A stretch of DNA of 58,096 bases, filler included, from Dugesia japonica (taxonomy: Eukaryota), in the NCBI GenBank assembly GCA_001938525.1. It is 5 parts of 5 records of this genome, joined end to end, with 100 filler letters (N's around TTAATTAATTAA, not from the genome) between each part and the next. Parts side by side here need not be neighbours in the genome. Positions count along the whole stretch, not along the records: positions 37,559 to 48,330 come from MQRL01502706.1; positions 48,431 to 58,096 come from MQRL01648355.1; 3 more parts are not named here. One strand, given 5' to 3'. Below, one piece after another: positions 41,151 through 52,699 of the stretch. The notes below the pieces were generated by a model. The model searched no databases. It was not told the origin of the DNA and worked only from the letters and a program-made list of their open reading frames with translations. The translations under genes and the position numbers were made by a program. Positions within the stretch are counted from its first letter, which is position 1, and every line of letters begins with the position of its first letter.

Positions 41151-42185
41151 AATCCAATAAAGTAAGAGTTATTTTTTAATTTATTTTTTAATTTATTAGT
41201 TCTATTCAGATTAAACGGAGTGCATCAAAGTTAGTTGGATCAGTATTTTTCATTAAACATTGCCTTAATTGAGAATACTCATACAACAAATCTATGTGGA
41301 GAACATTAGATGGCTGTTTACTTGAGAGACAACACTAATTATTATAATGAAGCTCCATCACAGATGAAATTTTCATTTGCTTGTATTTGTAGTATACAAA
41401 ATATATGTTTTATTGACAAAAAATCTTGGTCATTTTCTTAAATAATACTAAGAAAAGTACTCTTTTAATTAAACTTATTAATATTTATATTATTTATTTA
41501 TATTTTGCATGGTTATTATGTAAGCAATACACTTATAAACCATATACAGTTGTAAAACAATTTACTTATAAGTTTTTGTTATATAAATAATGCAAGAAAT
41601 AAACAAAATTATTATTCAAATCTATTTATTAAACAATAAAACAAAAATAATAATAATTACTTCAATTCCTATTAAACAAATAAAATAACACAGCGGATGC
41701 AAATAGAGTTACAACAAATTTAGTTCTCTATTGGCTCTTCAATTCTTCCTTAATTTCTTCGATGAATATTGATTGGGAAATGAATTCAACATAGTCACGT
41801 TTACTCAAAAGACCATTGTCGATCCTGCTTAGAAATTGAATTTCATCAACTGGTAATTTTATCTGTTAATTTTTTAATTTTTCTTTTGACTTGATTCATT
41901 GTGATAATAACTTTGAATCGTAAAAGTGACTTATCTTACAAAACCTGCGGTCTATATACTTGCTGCGAATCACACATACTCTTTATTTGTTAGTTTCTAT
42001 TGGTCGTTACATGTTTTAAATGAAGTGAATGGTTATTACTCATTTTGATTTATATGATTGGGTGTAATTTGTTTTAAATGATATGATTTGTTAGATAAAG
42101 TCATATATTCATGAACGTGACGAAAGCATGCAATGTGCATGACGTGAGCATGCATTTTACATGGTTACCTCATATTACACGGTGA

Positions 42186-42690
42186 TTGTGTAAATAATAT
42201 ACTCATAAATCCTATAATACATGGTTTTGTGTAAATAATACAAGGTAACCATGCAAATAGTACATTCATAACCCTATACACTCATTAACAATATGTAAAT
42301 AATACACTTATTAACCCTATATAATTATAAAAATATTTTCATATAGGTTTTTATATAGACTTATTAGATATATATTGAAAGGTTCCATAAATTTATTATT
42401 TCTATGAAAAGTGTTCTATGCTTTTATCATTTTGTATAGAAACGTTCCCGGCTAATATGTTTTGTTTAGAAAATTACTTTACTAATATGATTTTATTTGG
42501 AAAATTACATCATCAATATGTTTTTTATAAAAGAATTGCGTAGTTAATATGTATTTTATAAGAAAATGTCATCAATGATATGTTTTACTTTGGAAAATTA
42601 CATCGCCAATATGTTTTTAAAGAAAAATTGCATTGTTAATATGTTTTATTATAGAAACTTGTAATAGTTAATATGTTTTTATAGAAAAAG
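42186..42690. repeat. Two degenerate minisatellites (GTAAATAATAYACTCATAA.CCCTATA-type; ~31-bp AATATGTTTT..GAAAATT units)
   Basis: About 3-5 units at 42186-42322 and about 8 units at 42454-42690. Confidence 0.7.
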
Positions 42691-43239
42691 TTATTTGTTT
42701 TAATCATTTTGTAACAAAGGTTTTAATTTAAATATTTTATTTTTGTAAATATCACAAAAACTTTCCTCTTTGAAGTTCTTTAATAGTTATATTTTATCAT
42801 GGTAATTAAATTTAAATTTTAGACTGCCCAATATCTTTGCAATAATATCAAAAATATCAATATCTTGCAATAATTTAAAGACTGTTCAAAATGAATCAAT
42901 ACAACCAAATATCATACATAAATAGTAAAGACTCAAAAAAAGTCAATACTGACCAATCTCTTGCAAAAAATAAAAACTGACCATATAATACAAAATATAA
43001 GAACTACCAAAATGTTTTTTGTTAATGAGTTCAATAGAGATGCAACTCAGATGCAACACAGGTGCAACATACACTGAAAATCACGTTCCTGGGAATTTTT
43101 ATTGACTTTTTAGTAAACCTTTAATAAATGCAATATAGGATGTAAATTGTACTGCGGCGCCACTATTTCTCTACTAGATGTGTTAAATAGTTGGTCTTTT
43201 ACCATAAGCTCTAATAATATTTCTAGTTTAATATCCTTA

Positions 43240-45120
43240 CTCTCCAAGAAAGACTATCTGTGTCTCCTTCCACTATATTGATCTTACATTTTTCTTCTCT
43301 ACCATATTTTTCCTCGATATACTGAAGCTAGTAGATTCTCAATTTCAACAAATCTAATATTTTCTGTCCTTTATCTCAACACATATCTCAACACATATTC
43401 TTTATTCAACTGAAATGCTATTACGTCGTTGTTGATTTTGATTGTTTTCCTAAACTATGGATTTCATACGTAGGTTAATAGATTATTAGCTGAATTTCAT
43501 GTTTTAAGATTCATTCTTTTCTTTAGATTTTCGATGGATTTAACATTTAGTGCATAAATCAGCAGTTTATAATAGTTTTTGTTTAATTCTGTTTTTATCA
43601 ATACACTGTTTTTATCTATGTAATCTTTGAAAATAGGTGCCTGAGTGAAGTTTACTGCACTATGAACATGTGTTACTTGCACACCTAAATGCAAAAAAAT
43701 TTAATAAAAATTTATATGAATCAATAAATTAAATTGATATTTTTGATTGATGAGCAATCAGACAAAGTTTTTCTGTGGTTTTTGGAATACATGAAATATT
43801 TCATTTTGTGAATTTGACTAAGTTTATACTTGAGAATATGATGGAGATTGTGAAACACTACTGGTAACAATTTGATTATTTTTCTACATAGATTGCATTT
43901 GTTACAATCAGCACCAAAGTATTTCCCTGAGAAATGATTATGATCACGAACTGTTTTGCCTATCATCTTTTCACATAAATGGCATATTTTAACTGCAGCA
44001 AAGACAATTTCTTCAGCTCTTGATATATTCATTTTCTTTCGTCCATTTTGAATATGGTATTTATTACTTGTAATTTCTTATAATTTTTTCATAAACTTTT
44101 AAATACAGTCTTCTCAATAAACTGACTGAATTTCGCAACGTTATTACATATGTTTACTAACAATAGTCTAGCTGAAATTGGAAGATTCTTTTGAAAATAT
44201 TTGTCATATTTCAACGACACTGATTCAAAATCATCGTAAATGGCAAACAGTGAAGTTATTATTTTCCAATGATTTTTAAACTCCAATTTTGGATCATTTG
44301 GTGTGGTGTACATTGTGGTATTTGTTTGAATCTTGCTGCACATAGGTTCGTGTTTTTTGTAAGTTATACTGTTTTTGAACCCATTGAGACAATTGGTGCA
44401 CCATGTTGATTGAATTCCTACACTATAGTTTTTTTGTCTCGGTTTATTAGATAATTTTAATTAATTACTAACTTGTAATGAAAGTTTTCACCGTTTTTCA
44501 ATAGTAAAAGATTAATTATTTGCCCATCTTCTACTTTTGATCTATGATTAATGTAAAAATTTGGATGCTTCATATCAACATCATAATCTTCGATTAATTG
44601 AAAGTTCTTTGAGAAGATATTGGTGATATTTCCTGGATTTTGTTGCCCAAAAAATTGGAATATTTGCCAATTTCAAAGGCATATCCTTTTAATCAAATGC
44701 TAGTTCAGACGTGTATTTTTTATATTTTGCTGGTTAATGCTTATTTCTTTCTTCAACTATATCTTGTTTCAGAATAGCAAGAATGCTGTATATAAAACAT
44801 AGATTGTCATTGTTTTTGACGTTAACAACGGTTCTTTTTTTTAAAGTTTTTTGTGTTGGAATGAAACTACTTACTGAAAGTCTACGGACATTGCTGAATT
44901 TAGTTATTTTGAAATTAGTTTTCAAAATATCTTGAATATCTAGTTTGAACCAATTTCATTTCTAATCGTTATCTTCTCATTTAACTATTTAATCCTTTCT
45001 TCAAAAAATGTTTCAACCAAAGAAACTACTTGATTTGATATTCTACAAGTTTTAATATCTTTATCTCTTAGAAAGTCAACAGTATTATTATATTAGTCGT
45101 TGTTTGATCTAATACTGGTT
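43240..45120 (-). pseudogene. Polinton protein-primed DNA polymerase B remnant 1 (N-terminal region fused to a palm fragment; large internal deletion)
   Basis: SSFIP..L....VVNVKNNDNLCF.YSILA; FKNHWK....FAIYDDFES; CHLC..VRDHNHFSGKYFGA.CNKCNL; PVVFHNL; FTQAPIFKDYIDKN; YKLL..ALNVKSIENLKKR; GDTDS. Confidence 0.9.
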
Positions 45121-45676
45121 TCCGTCTTGCTATCTTAGTTGGGGGGATGGAGTTTATAATGTGTTAATAAATGTTATGCAATAAATCTTTTTTAATGAAA
45201 ATTTGTTTTTATTTTTTCATTTTAAACATAATTTTTAATTAAACATTATCTTTTTAATTACCTGCTTCAATTGTTGGTAATAATTTAAGTTCTAGTACAA
45301 AATACTTTTTATCAATATTTGTCAACATTTCTTCTATAATAAGATCCAAATTCATTGTTAATAAAACATCCTATTTCATTTTGTTTATATTTAACATGAA
45401 AATGCATACACAATGCATGTTTTGGTTATGTTTATAAAAAGAACTTAATAAATAAATAATAAGAAATTATAATAGCATTTTTTCTTAAAAAAATATTTAC
45501 ATTTCACAATTTTAAGTTCTAAGGAGAACGTGTTATACTTTCACAATGTTTTTGTTTTCGTTTTCTTTTTTCATTATAATCTAAATATAAATAATTAAAA
45601 TGACAGTTAAAAACAAATAAATAAATACCTTTGTTTGAGGTTTTGTTCTTGACGAGGCTGGACCAAATGTACGATT

Positions 45677-46680
45677 TTAAGGGGAAAAACTATTTAATAG
45701 TATAGTGCCATATGGGACACTTTTATATTTGTCAACCCTAATGAGCTTATCGTCTGTATTTGTCAGTGCTAATTTATTAGACTTAATGCTATACAAATGA
45801 TGATTTTTTATGCTTATCCTAAATTGTTTCACTGAGACTGATTTGTTTACATTATAACAGTCAAGGTAAGATTGATGAGAACTTTCTGTGTTTTCAATGT
45901 TGTCTTTTGCTCTCATGCTTCTCTAATCGCTGAGCAGGCTATAACATTCCAGCCTCAAAAATACCCATTCTTGATACTTTAGCATTTATTCTCATCTTTA
46001 AATTTCCCCATTACTGAATTTATGCTGTTACAATAAAGGGTACGATCTTTATCATAATTTAAAGTATCAAGTAACTGATCTGTTATAGTTTTTAATTTAA
46101 TAATATTTATTTCTAGAAAAAAACTATATGTATCACCAACTACAATATTAATTTTACAATTAAATTTCTTCTTCTTAAACTCAATGTACTGAAGTTTGTA
46201 CATTTTAATTTTGAGAGGTCAAGTACAGTTTGCCCTATGTTGCTCGGATGATCAAAACAAACTTTATTCTTATTGAGAATAACAGCTATTAAATCATCAT
46301 CAATTTTTGTGGTTTTCTTAAATCTGGATTTTGATGTGTATGTAATCAACTTTTTCACTGAATTACATAAGCGCAGATTAATCCCATTCTTAAGATTCTC
46401 AACTGACTGTCCATGTAAATTGTAGTTTAAAAGTATATGATAGTTTTCATCAAATTCTGTATCGCAATTTGAATTGTATTTGTATTAATGTAATTTTCAA
46501 AAATTGAGGCCTGTCTAAATTTAACAACTCTATAAACCTCTGTTACTCAAACCCCTAAACTTAAGTACATTGGCAATAATCTCCAGTGCACTTGGCGAAG
46601 TGCATTAGCATTAATTTTCTCATTTTCTAACCGGAGGAGCTCCTATTATTTGCTGCAACCAGTAAATCGTTCAAATAATC
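45677..46680 (-). pseudogene. Polinton pPolB remnant 2 (C-terminal palm/thumb)
   Basis: SVENLR, FDHPSNIGQTVLDLSK, GDTYSF, LDTLNY, MGKFKDE, HHLYSIKSNKLAL..TDDK, SVPYG. Confidence 0.9.
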
Positions 46681-46685
46681 GTGTA

Positions 46686-47445
46686 CAATATCGTCCATAT
46701 GTTTTGAGCCACCTTATAAAAATGCACATAATAGTAGATTAATTAAATTAATTGTTTTATGATTTGAAATATTTTAATTTAGATATATGGTGATGTTAGC
46801 TTTATATTTCATTAAAAATTTATTATCTCAAATAATTATTGTATAATTAATAAAATACATTTGTTATAATAAGCCGTTTTTTAAAAGTTTTGATATTATT
46901 TAAATACATAAACTATTTTAAAGTATTCATTAATTTTTTAGGTAAAAACTATATTTACAATATTTTACTCATTGTTACCTAATATATTCTTATAATTTTA
47001 GAAATAATTTAGTTAAACATGGCTCGGATATCGATAGATATTAGGAAATTAGTCATTTAAAAATTGAAAGAGGGTTTGTCTCAGTGGAAAGTTGCAATTC
47101 TACGTAATAATTCAAGGTATGCTGTACAACATATTATACTCAAGACAAAACAACATAAAACATTGGGAAATCTATTTAAAAGTGGCCGAAAACCGGAAAA
47201 TACACAAAGATCTGAAAGATCACTTATATCAAAGAAATATCCCCAGAAAACAGCACGTCAGCTTTTGATTGATTAGAAAACAAGCCTAACTTCTTCAGTT
47301 AGTATTGTCAAGCGTATTATGAGAAATTGCGGCTTGTTTGGATTTATTGCAGTAACGAAACATTTATTATATGAGCGACAAATTAAGAATCGCTTAAAGT
47401 GTTGCAAAGACTATGGTAACCTGATTCATTCTTTATGGAATGACG
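46686..47445 (+). mobile_element. Tc1-type transposon 5' part
   Basis: TA-CAATATCGTCCATATGTTTTGAGCACC TIR-like start interrupting pPolB. MARISIDIRKLVI..LKEGLSQWKVA, SGR, PQKTARQL, R.K.CK form a bipartite HTH region from 47020. Confidence 0.8.
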
Positions 47446-47678
47446 TCAGATTAGGATAGAACTATATATACAATAAAATCGCAGTATAGTAAGTGTATTG
47501 ATGATGATTCCACTGTATCAGCACAAAACAGTTATAGTTTGGGTGATGACATCACTGTGTCAGTGCATTCCAGTTAGGGTTTGGAATCGAAACCTTGGAT
47601 GAAATTCTGATAAAACGAAGCACTTTACTACAGTAATCCTTTAAACAATGTATATGCAGTATTTTATTTGGTATATAA

Positions 47679-47689
47679 TGGTATCAGAG
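47679..47689 (+). other. Possible tRNA-iMet primer-binding site (TGGTATCAGAG) following a ~235-bp LTR-like segment
   Basis: Canonical PBS 11-mer; no LTR pair or gag detected. Confidence 0.3.
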
Positions 47690-48330
47690 TTTCTTTCTTA
47701 TTAATTAAATATTATTATTTAATTTTAGTTATAACTATTATTATTAAAAAGGTTCAAATGCAATACACCCACTTCAGCGAGAACGAAGCATTTTTCGGAA
47801 CTAAGCTTTTGGATTACATATAGACAACTTTCAATTCTGAATCAAATGCTACCAAATTCAAAATCCTACGTCTATTTTCAGCCAAGCAAAATTTTTAATA
47901 AATCAATTTTGAAATTGAAAGCATTTTCTACTGAAATGTATAAGACTCTACATTTTTCAAACTGCTTTGTCATCGGGTGGACTTGAAGAGGTAGTTTTAT
48001 GCGCTACTATCTACCTACTGTTGTTAATAGTTTTAAAAGTTGGGACTGAATGTATGAAATATGAACTAATATCAATATTTTTGGACTAATTTTATATAAA
48101 TACAACCAAACATCGATAAAACATAGTATAATTTTATATTCACATCTAGTATGTTTATTAAGTCATGTAGAAAAATATAAAGATCTCATAAGGAACATAT
48201 CAATTTTGTTTTTTGGTGGGAAAGAAAGTTAGCTACTATGTTATCAGGTCATTTAATATATTAAACATGTTTATCAAATCAGGATAAATATTTAATCAAT
48301 CTTCATTGACGATTCTATGGTTCTTTCATT

Positions 48331-48430
48331 NNNNNNNNNNNNNNNNNNNNNNNNNNNNNNNNNNNNNNNNNNNNTTAATTAATTAANNNNNNNNNNNNNN
48401 NNNNNNNNNNNNNNNNNNNNNNNNNNNNNN
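48331..48430. other. Artificial contig spacer
   Basis: 44 N + TTAATTAATTAA + 44 N. Confidence 0.95.
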
Positions 48431-48571
48431 GTAACTCATATTTATCAATTTGATTTATGATCATTTTGTTTATACATTTCTATAATTGAAATTTGTATGA
48501 GTCATCTTCTTTGTTCACGTTTTGCACTGTTCTTGCTTCATGTATGTATTGATCATGTCTTCTGCATTGAT

Positions 48572-49004
48572 TTAGTTTTTCCTAATTAAATTATTCAAAT
48601 TAGATATTACAAAATCGACTTGAGGTTGATAATCCAATGTTTTGATTCCAGCAAAGACTAATTTTTTTCTTATGAAAATACATTTACACAGACTTGATTG
48701 AATTTTAATAATTTAGGTTCATACATACATTTAGTTCTTTTTGCTAAATCATATAAATTGATTGAATATCCCATATTGATAACGACTGTATTCGACTGTA
48801 GTTGAATATCTTTGATATCATATTGTAAATATTTTCTTTTCAATGTTTTTTACACCCCATGATTCTACATCTTCTAGATTTGAAAACTACTAAAGTATAT
48901 TTTCCCGTTTTGTCAACAACTTGTGATGGCCTGCCAACTGAAAAATTCATTTTTCTTGTAACCTCTTGTGAAACTTTGCCTCTGTAATTAATATTTTCAA
49001 TCAT
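48572..49004 (-). pseudogene. TATA-binding-protein (TBP)-like gene, intronless, two frameshifts and one stop
   Basis: Manual translation: MIENINYRG...YTLVVFKSRRCRIMGCKK / IQLQSNTVVINMGYSINLYDLAKRTKCMYEPKL..FNQVCVNVFS* / KLVFAGIKT. This matches both TBP repeats (ALIFSSGKMVCTGAK; IQNMV..D..F.IRLE.L..YEPELF..LLIFVSGKVVLTGAK). Confidence 0.75.
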
Positions 49005-49047
49005 AATTATATCAATAAATTTTTAAAAAGTGAATATATACATATAC

Positions 49048-49706
49048 ATGAACAATAATTTAATTGATACATTAAAACAAACAATAATTGAATAAAGAAA
49101 TGATGCTGTTTATCAAATTGCCGGTCGAAGTGAAAGTGGAAAAACTCTATTTGTGTGTAAATTATTGAAATCAAAACTATTCAAATCAAAATTCAACAAA
49201 ATATATTGGCATAGAGGAGCTGATGAAGAACATGGATTAACTCAATTCAAATTCTGTGATATAAAAATGAAAATTATAAACGGTTTTTTTGAGAATTAGA
49301 GCAAGAGATTAACTAAAGGTGGTGTGATTGTTGTTGATGATTTGTATCAGGAAGCAAACAAAAAAATGACTTTAACAATTTATTCACCAAGATATCAAGA
49401 CATTGTAATGTGACTGTAATATTTATTACTCAGAATCTATTCCATCAAGGAGGTGGCCATAAAACTCGTAATTTAAATATACAATATTTGGTTGTATTTG
49501 AAAATCCAAGAGATCAAACAGTTGTTGATTTTCTTGCAAGACAAGCATATCTAAGCAATAGGCAATTTCTTTTGGATTCATTCAAAAATGCAACAGTAAA
49601 TCCACATGAATATCTTTTTATGGACTTTACATAACAATGTTCAGATGAACTTAGAGTGAGAACTGATATTTTCAATCCAAATGGTGTTATCTTATATAAA
49701 CAATAA
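49048..49706 (+). pseudogene. Polinton A32/FtsK-like packaging ATPase
   Basis: IAGRSESGKT Walker A, VIVVDDL Walker B, LFTKISRH.NVTVIFITQNLF, LNIQYLVVFENPRD, P.EYLFMD, LRVRTDIF. Confidence 0.93.
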
Positions 49707-50049
49707 ATGTAATTTCTTATTTCATTTACAAATGTCGAAATTTACTAAACTAATAGTTGATCAACTCAAGAATAAAATGATTAAATAAGATAAAAATCCA
49801 AAAGATATTTAATAAAGAAGACAACCAACAAGTCGGCAAAGATTGTTATTAAAAAGAAGAAACAATNNNNNNNNNNNNNNNNNNNNNNNNNNNNNNNNNN
49901 NNNNNNNNNNNNNNNNNNNNNNNNNNNNNNNNNNNNNNNNNNNNNNNNNNNNNNNNNNNNNNNNNNNNNNNNNNNNNNNNNNNNNNNNNNNNNNNNNNNN
50001 NNNNNNNNNNNNNNNNNNNNNNNNNNNNNNNNNNNNNNNNNNNNNNNTC

Positions 50050-50310
50050 TAGAGCCAAAATGTTGCAACCATTTTCATCATTTGTTGTTGACGATTTACT
50101 AGAGTTTATTGTAAACATAGTTCGTAGTAATGCAGTTATAAGAAAAGTTAGAAAACAAGCATAGGAAAAACATAAAAGATAATTGCTTTTACTTGAACAT
50201 ACCAAGAATGAAAAATTAAATTTAGAAAATATTATACAAACAACATCGCGGCTTTATCGCTACATTACTACCTATTGTATTGGCTTCATTAGGTCTAACA
50301 AATTTTTCAT
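50050..50310 (+). pseudogene. Small conserved Polinton ORF (basic, C-terminal LLPI motif)
   Basis: VNIV.SN, KHKR.L..L and LLPIVLASL, lying between ATPase and integrase; decayed. Confidence 0.45.
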
Positions 50311-50380
50311 AAACAATATATACCAAATTTGATATAAACAATGGGAAATTAAGAATCATTACCTAGAATTAATCTAAGAT

Positions 50381-51410
50381 TTGGATAAAATTGTTGTAAT
50401 GGACAAAACAGAGATGATATGGACAGAACCAAAAATTCTAGCAGGATTCAAACGAGTAGAAAAACTATGGAAAGCAACACAAAATTCGAAAGACAAGATG
50501 CAAAAGTNNNNNNNNNNNNNNNNNNNNNNNNNNNNNNNNNNNNNNNNNNNNNNNNNNCCAATGTTGAAAATATTTCCAACAAGAGCATATAAAACATTTA
50601 ATATTGACAATTTATGGCAAATGGATTTGATGGAAATGATACCTTAATTAATAAGGATTAAAAGTACATTTTAACATGTATCGACGTATTTAGCAAATTT
50701 GCGAGAGCTGTTCTAGTCAAGTCGAAATCTGCAAATGCAATGGAAGCTGCAATCAAGTTAATGATTGACGATGGACATCCTGATAATTTACAAACTGACT
50801 TGGGAAAGGAATTTTACAACTCTAAAGTCAAGAATATCATTTCANNNNNNNNNNNNNNNNNNNNNNNNNNNNNNNNNNNNNNNNNNNNNNNNNNNNNNNN
50901 NNNNNNNNNNNNNNNNNNNNNNNNNNNNNNNAAAAAGTACTTTGTACATACTGGAAATAAAACATGAATACATGTATTTCCGAAAATAATTCATAGTTAT
51001 AATCATACAAATCATAATGGATTGAATGAAGCAAAAACTGTAGATGTATCATCTGAAAATTCAATGAAATTATGGTTATTGAAACAAAAACCGAAAGTTA
51101 TTAAAGAAAACCATAATATAAAGTTGATTATTATGTTAGAATCTCAAAGATATCAGCTTCACCATTTATCAAGAATTGTGATAGTAATTGAAGTGACGAA
51201 GTGTTTTAAATATCGAAAATCAATACCAAGCAGAATCCAATCATGTATGTGATTAAAAAATATGAAGATAATATCATTCAAGGAAAATTCTATGAGCAAG
51301 AATTACAAGTAATTCTCCAACCAACAGTATTTAGAATAGAAAGGAATTTAAAATCAAAGGGAACAAGTATTGATAAAATATTATATGTAAAATGGCATGT
51401 ATACTAAAAA
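50381..51410 (+). pseudogene. Polinton retroviral-type (c-)integrase with a C-terminal chromodomain-like end
   Basis: DNLWQMDL, YILTCIDVFSKFA, LQTDLGKEFYN, SYNHT, DYVRI, IQGKFYEQELQ, FRIE, LYVKW. Confidence 0.93.
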
Positions 51411-51460
51411 CTTACATGAATATCAGTATCTCAAATAGTAAATTCAACAAAGAAGAAAAT

Positions 51461-52492
51461 ATGAACAAAACGAATAATTTCTATACACTTTTACCGAGTA
51501 ATAGTTATCCACTTATTCATCTAGATAACAATGCTAGTAATTTCTATGTCGAACGTCAAAATTCAATTTATTTGAACGGTCAATGGGAAGAGGCTTTGAT
51601 GGATTTCACTTTAATATACTCAGCTTTTCCATTTTATAGTAAATCCAATATTAAATATATATAACAGGAAAAGACGAATGGAAGGAAATACTTGTTACAA
51701 TTGATAATAAGGAAAACAAATTGTGTACCAGTGATGACGATGTTATTCAAATATATGAAAAAGAAAACTTGCATATCAAATTACTACATCATGAAAATGA
51801 ATTGAAATTTGAAAACCTTGAATATGCAAAACGATTTGGATTTGAAAATTTAAATAACGACATAAAAATTGCAGACAAGTTTATTTTCTTTCAAACGTTT
51901 AAAAACGATGATTCAATAGAACCTATAAAAATTAAGTTATTTTATTCAATAGAAACTGTCAATGTCATTCAGTTTAAAGATGATTTGTATATAATAAAAA
52001 TCAAGCAGTTAAATATTAAGCGGAAAATTGTTTTGATATATTTAAAACTCTTTATCTGAAAAACGATGAACCATTTAGATTTTCGCTGTTAGATAATTTT
52101 AAAAGTGTAACATTTGATGGAATTCTAACAAAAAAAACTTGGATTAGTCAAACAAAAGTATTTCCGGGATGAAACAATTGATATTCAAGAAACTGTTGAA
52201 TTCACGGCACCTAAAAAACCGCAATTGTTGAACAATCATCAACAAGTAGCATTATTGAACCTGTTATTGTTGGTGATGTTAGTGTTCCTCTGTTGAAATC
52301 CATATGTGGTTGGAAACGTATGAAGATGATCACGTGGTCCAAATAATTGTTGAAAATTCAATGTATTTACTAATATCCACATCGTTTATAAACAATATCG
52401 AAATCAATATACGGGATGATAACGAAAATTTAATCAATTTTGCTAAAGACTCAAAAACTCATTTAACACTACATTTTCGAAAAAATGTCTAA
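51461..52492 (+). pseudogene. Polinton minor capsid (penton) protein
   Basis: FYTLLPSNS....DNNASNF.V.....I.LNGQWE.AL at the N-terminus; IIEPVIVGDVSVPLL and IEINIRD...LINF......LTLHFRK at the C-terminus. Confidence 0.88.
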
Positions 52493-52678
52493 TCCGGATA
52501 TCATTTCATTGTATAGTACTAGTCAAGCCGGGCGAGAATTACCATACTTTGTAGGAAAATAGTATGGCTCTGGATTGTTGCAAACAACTGATCGATTTGC
52601 TTTACCTATTCTTAGATGTATTGGAGATATTGGTATGAAAACAGTTCAGGATGTGATATCAAATAAATCAAAAATTTT
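52485..52678 (+). pseudogene. Polinton core-protein-like ORF following penton, truncated
   Basis: YSTSQAG.ELPYF.G..YGSGL....RFALPIL...G...V.DV pattern; overlaps the penton stop and is cut at the telomeric tract. Confidence 0.65.
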
Positions 52679-52698
52679 GGGTTAGGGTTAGGGTTAGG
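52679..52698 (+). repeat. Interstitial telomeric tract GGG(TTAGGG)2TTAGG
   Basis: Direct reading; lies exactly at the Polinton/gypsy junction. Confidence 0.85.
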
Positions 52699-52699
52699 T

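Noticed and set aside
34138-46680. Bidnavirus-like element (NS1-type helicase plus pPolB)
   Set aside because: The helicases and pPolB lie on different contigs separated by an artificial spacer, and the pPolB is Polinton-type with double-jelly-roll capsids.
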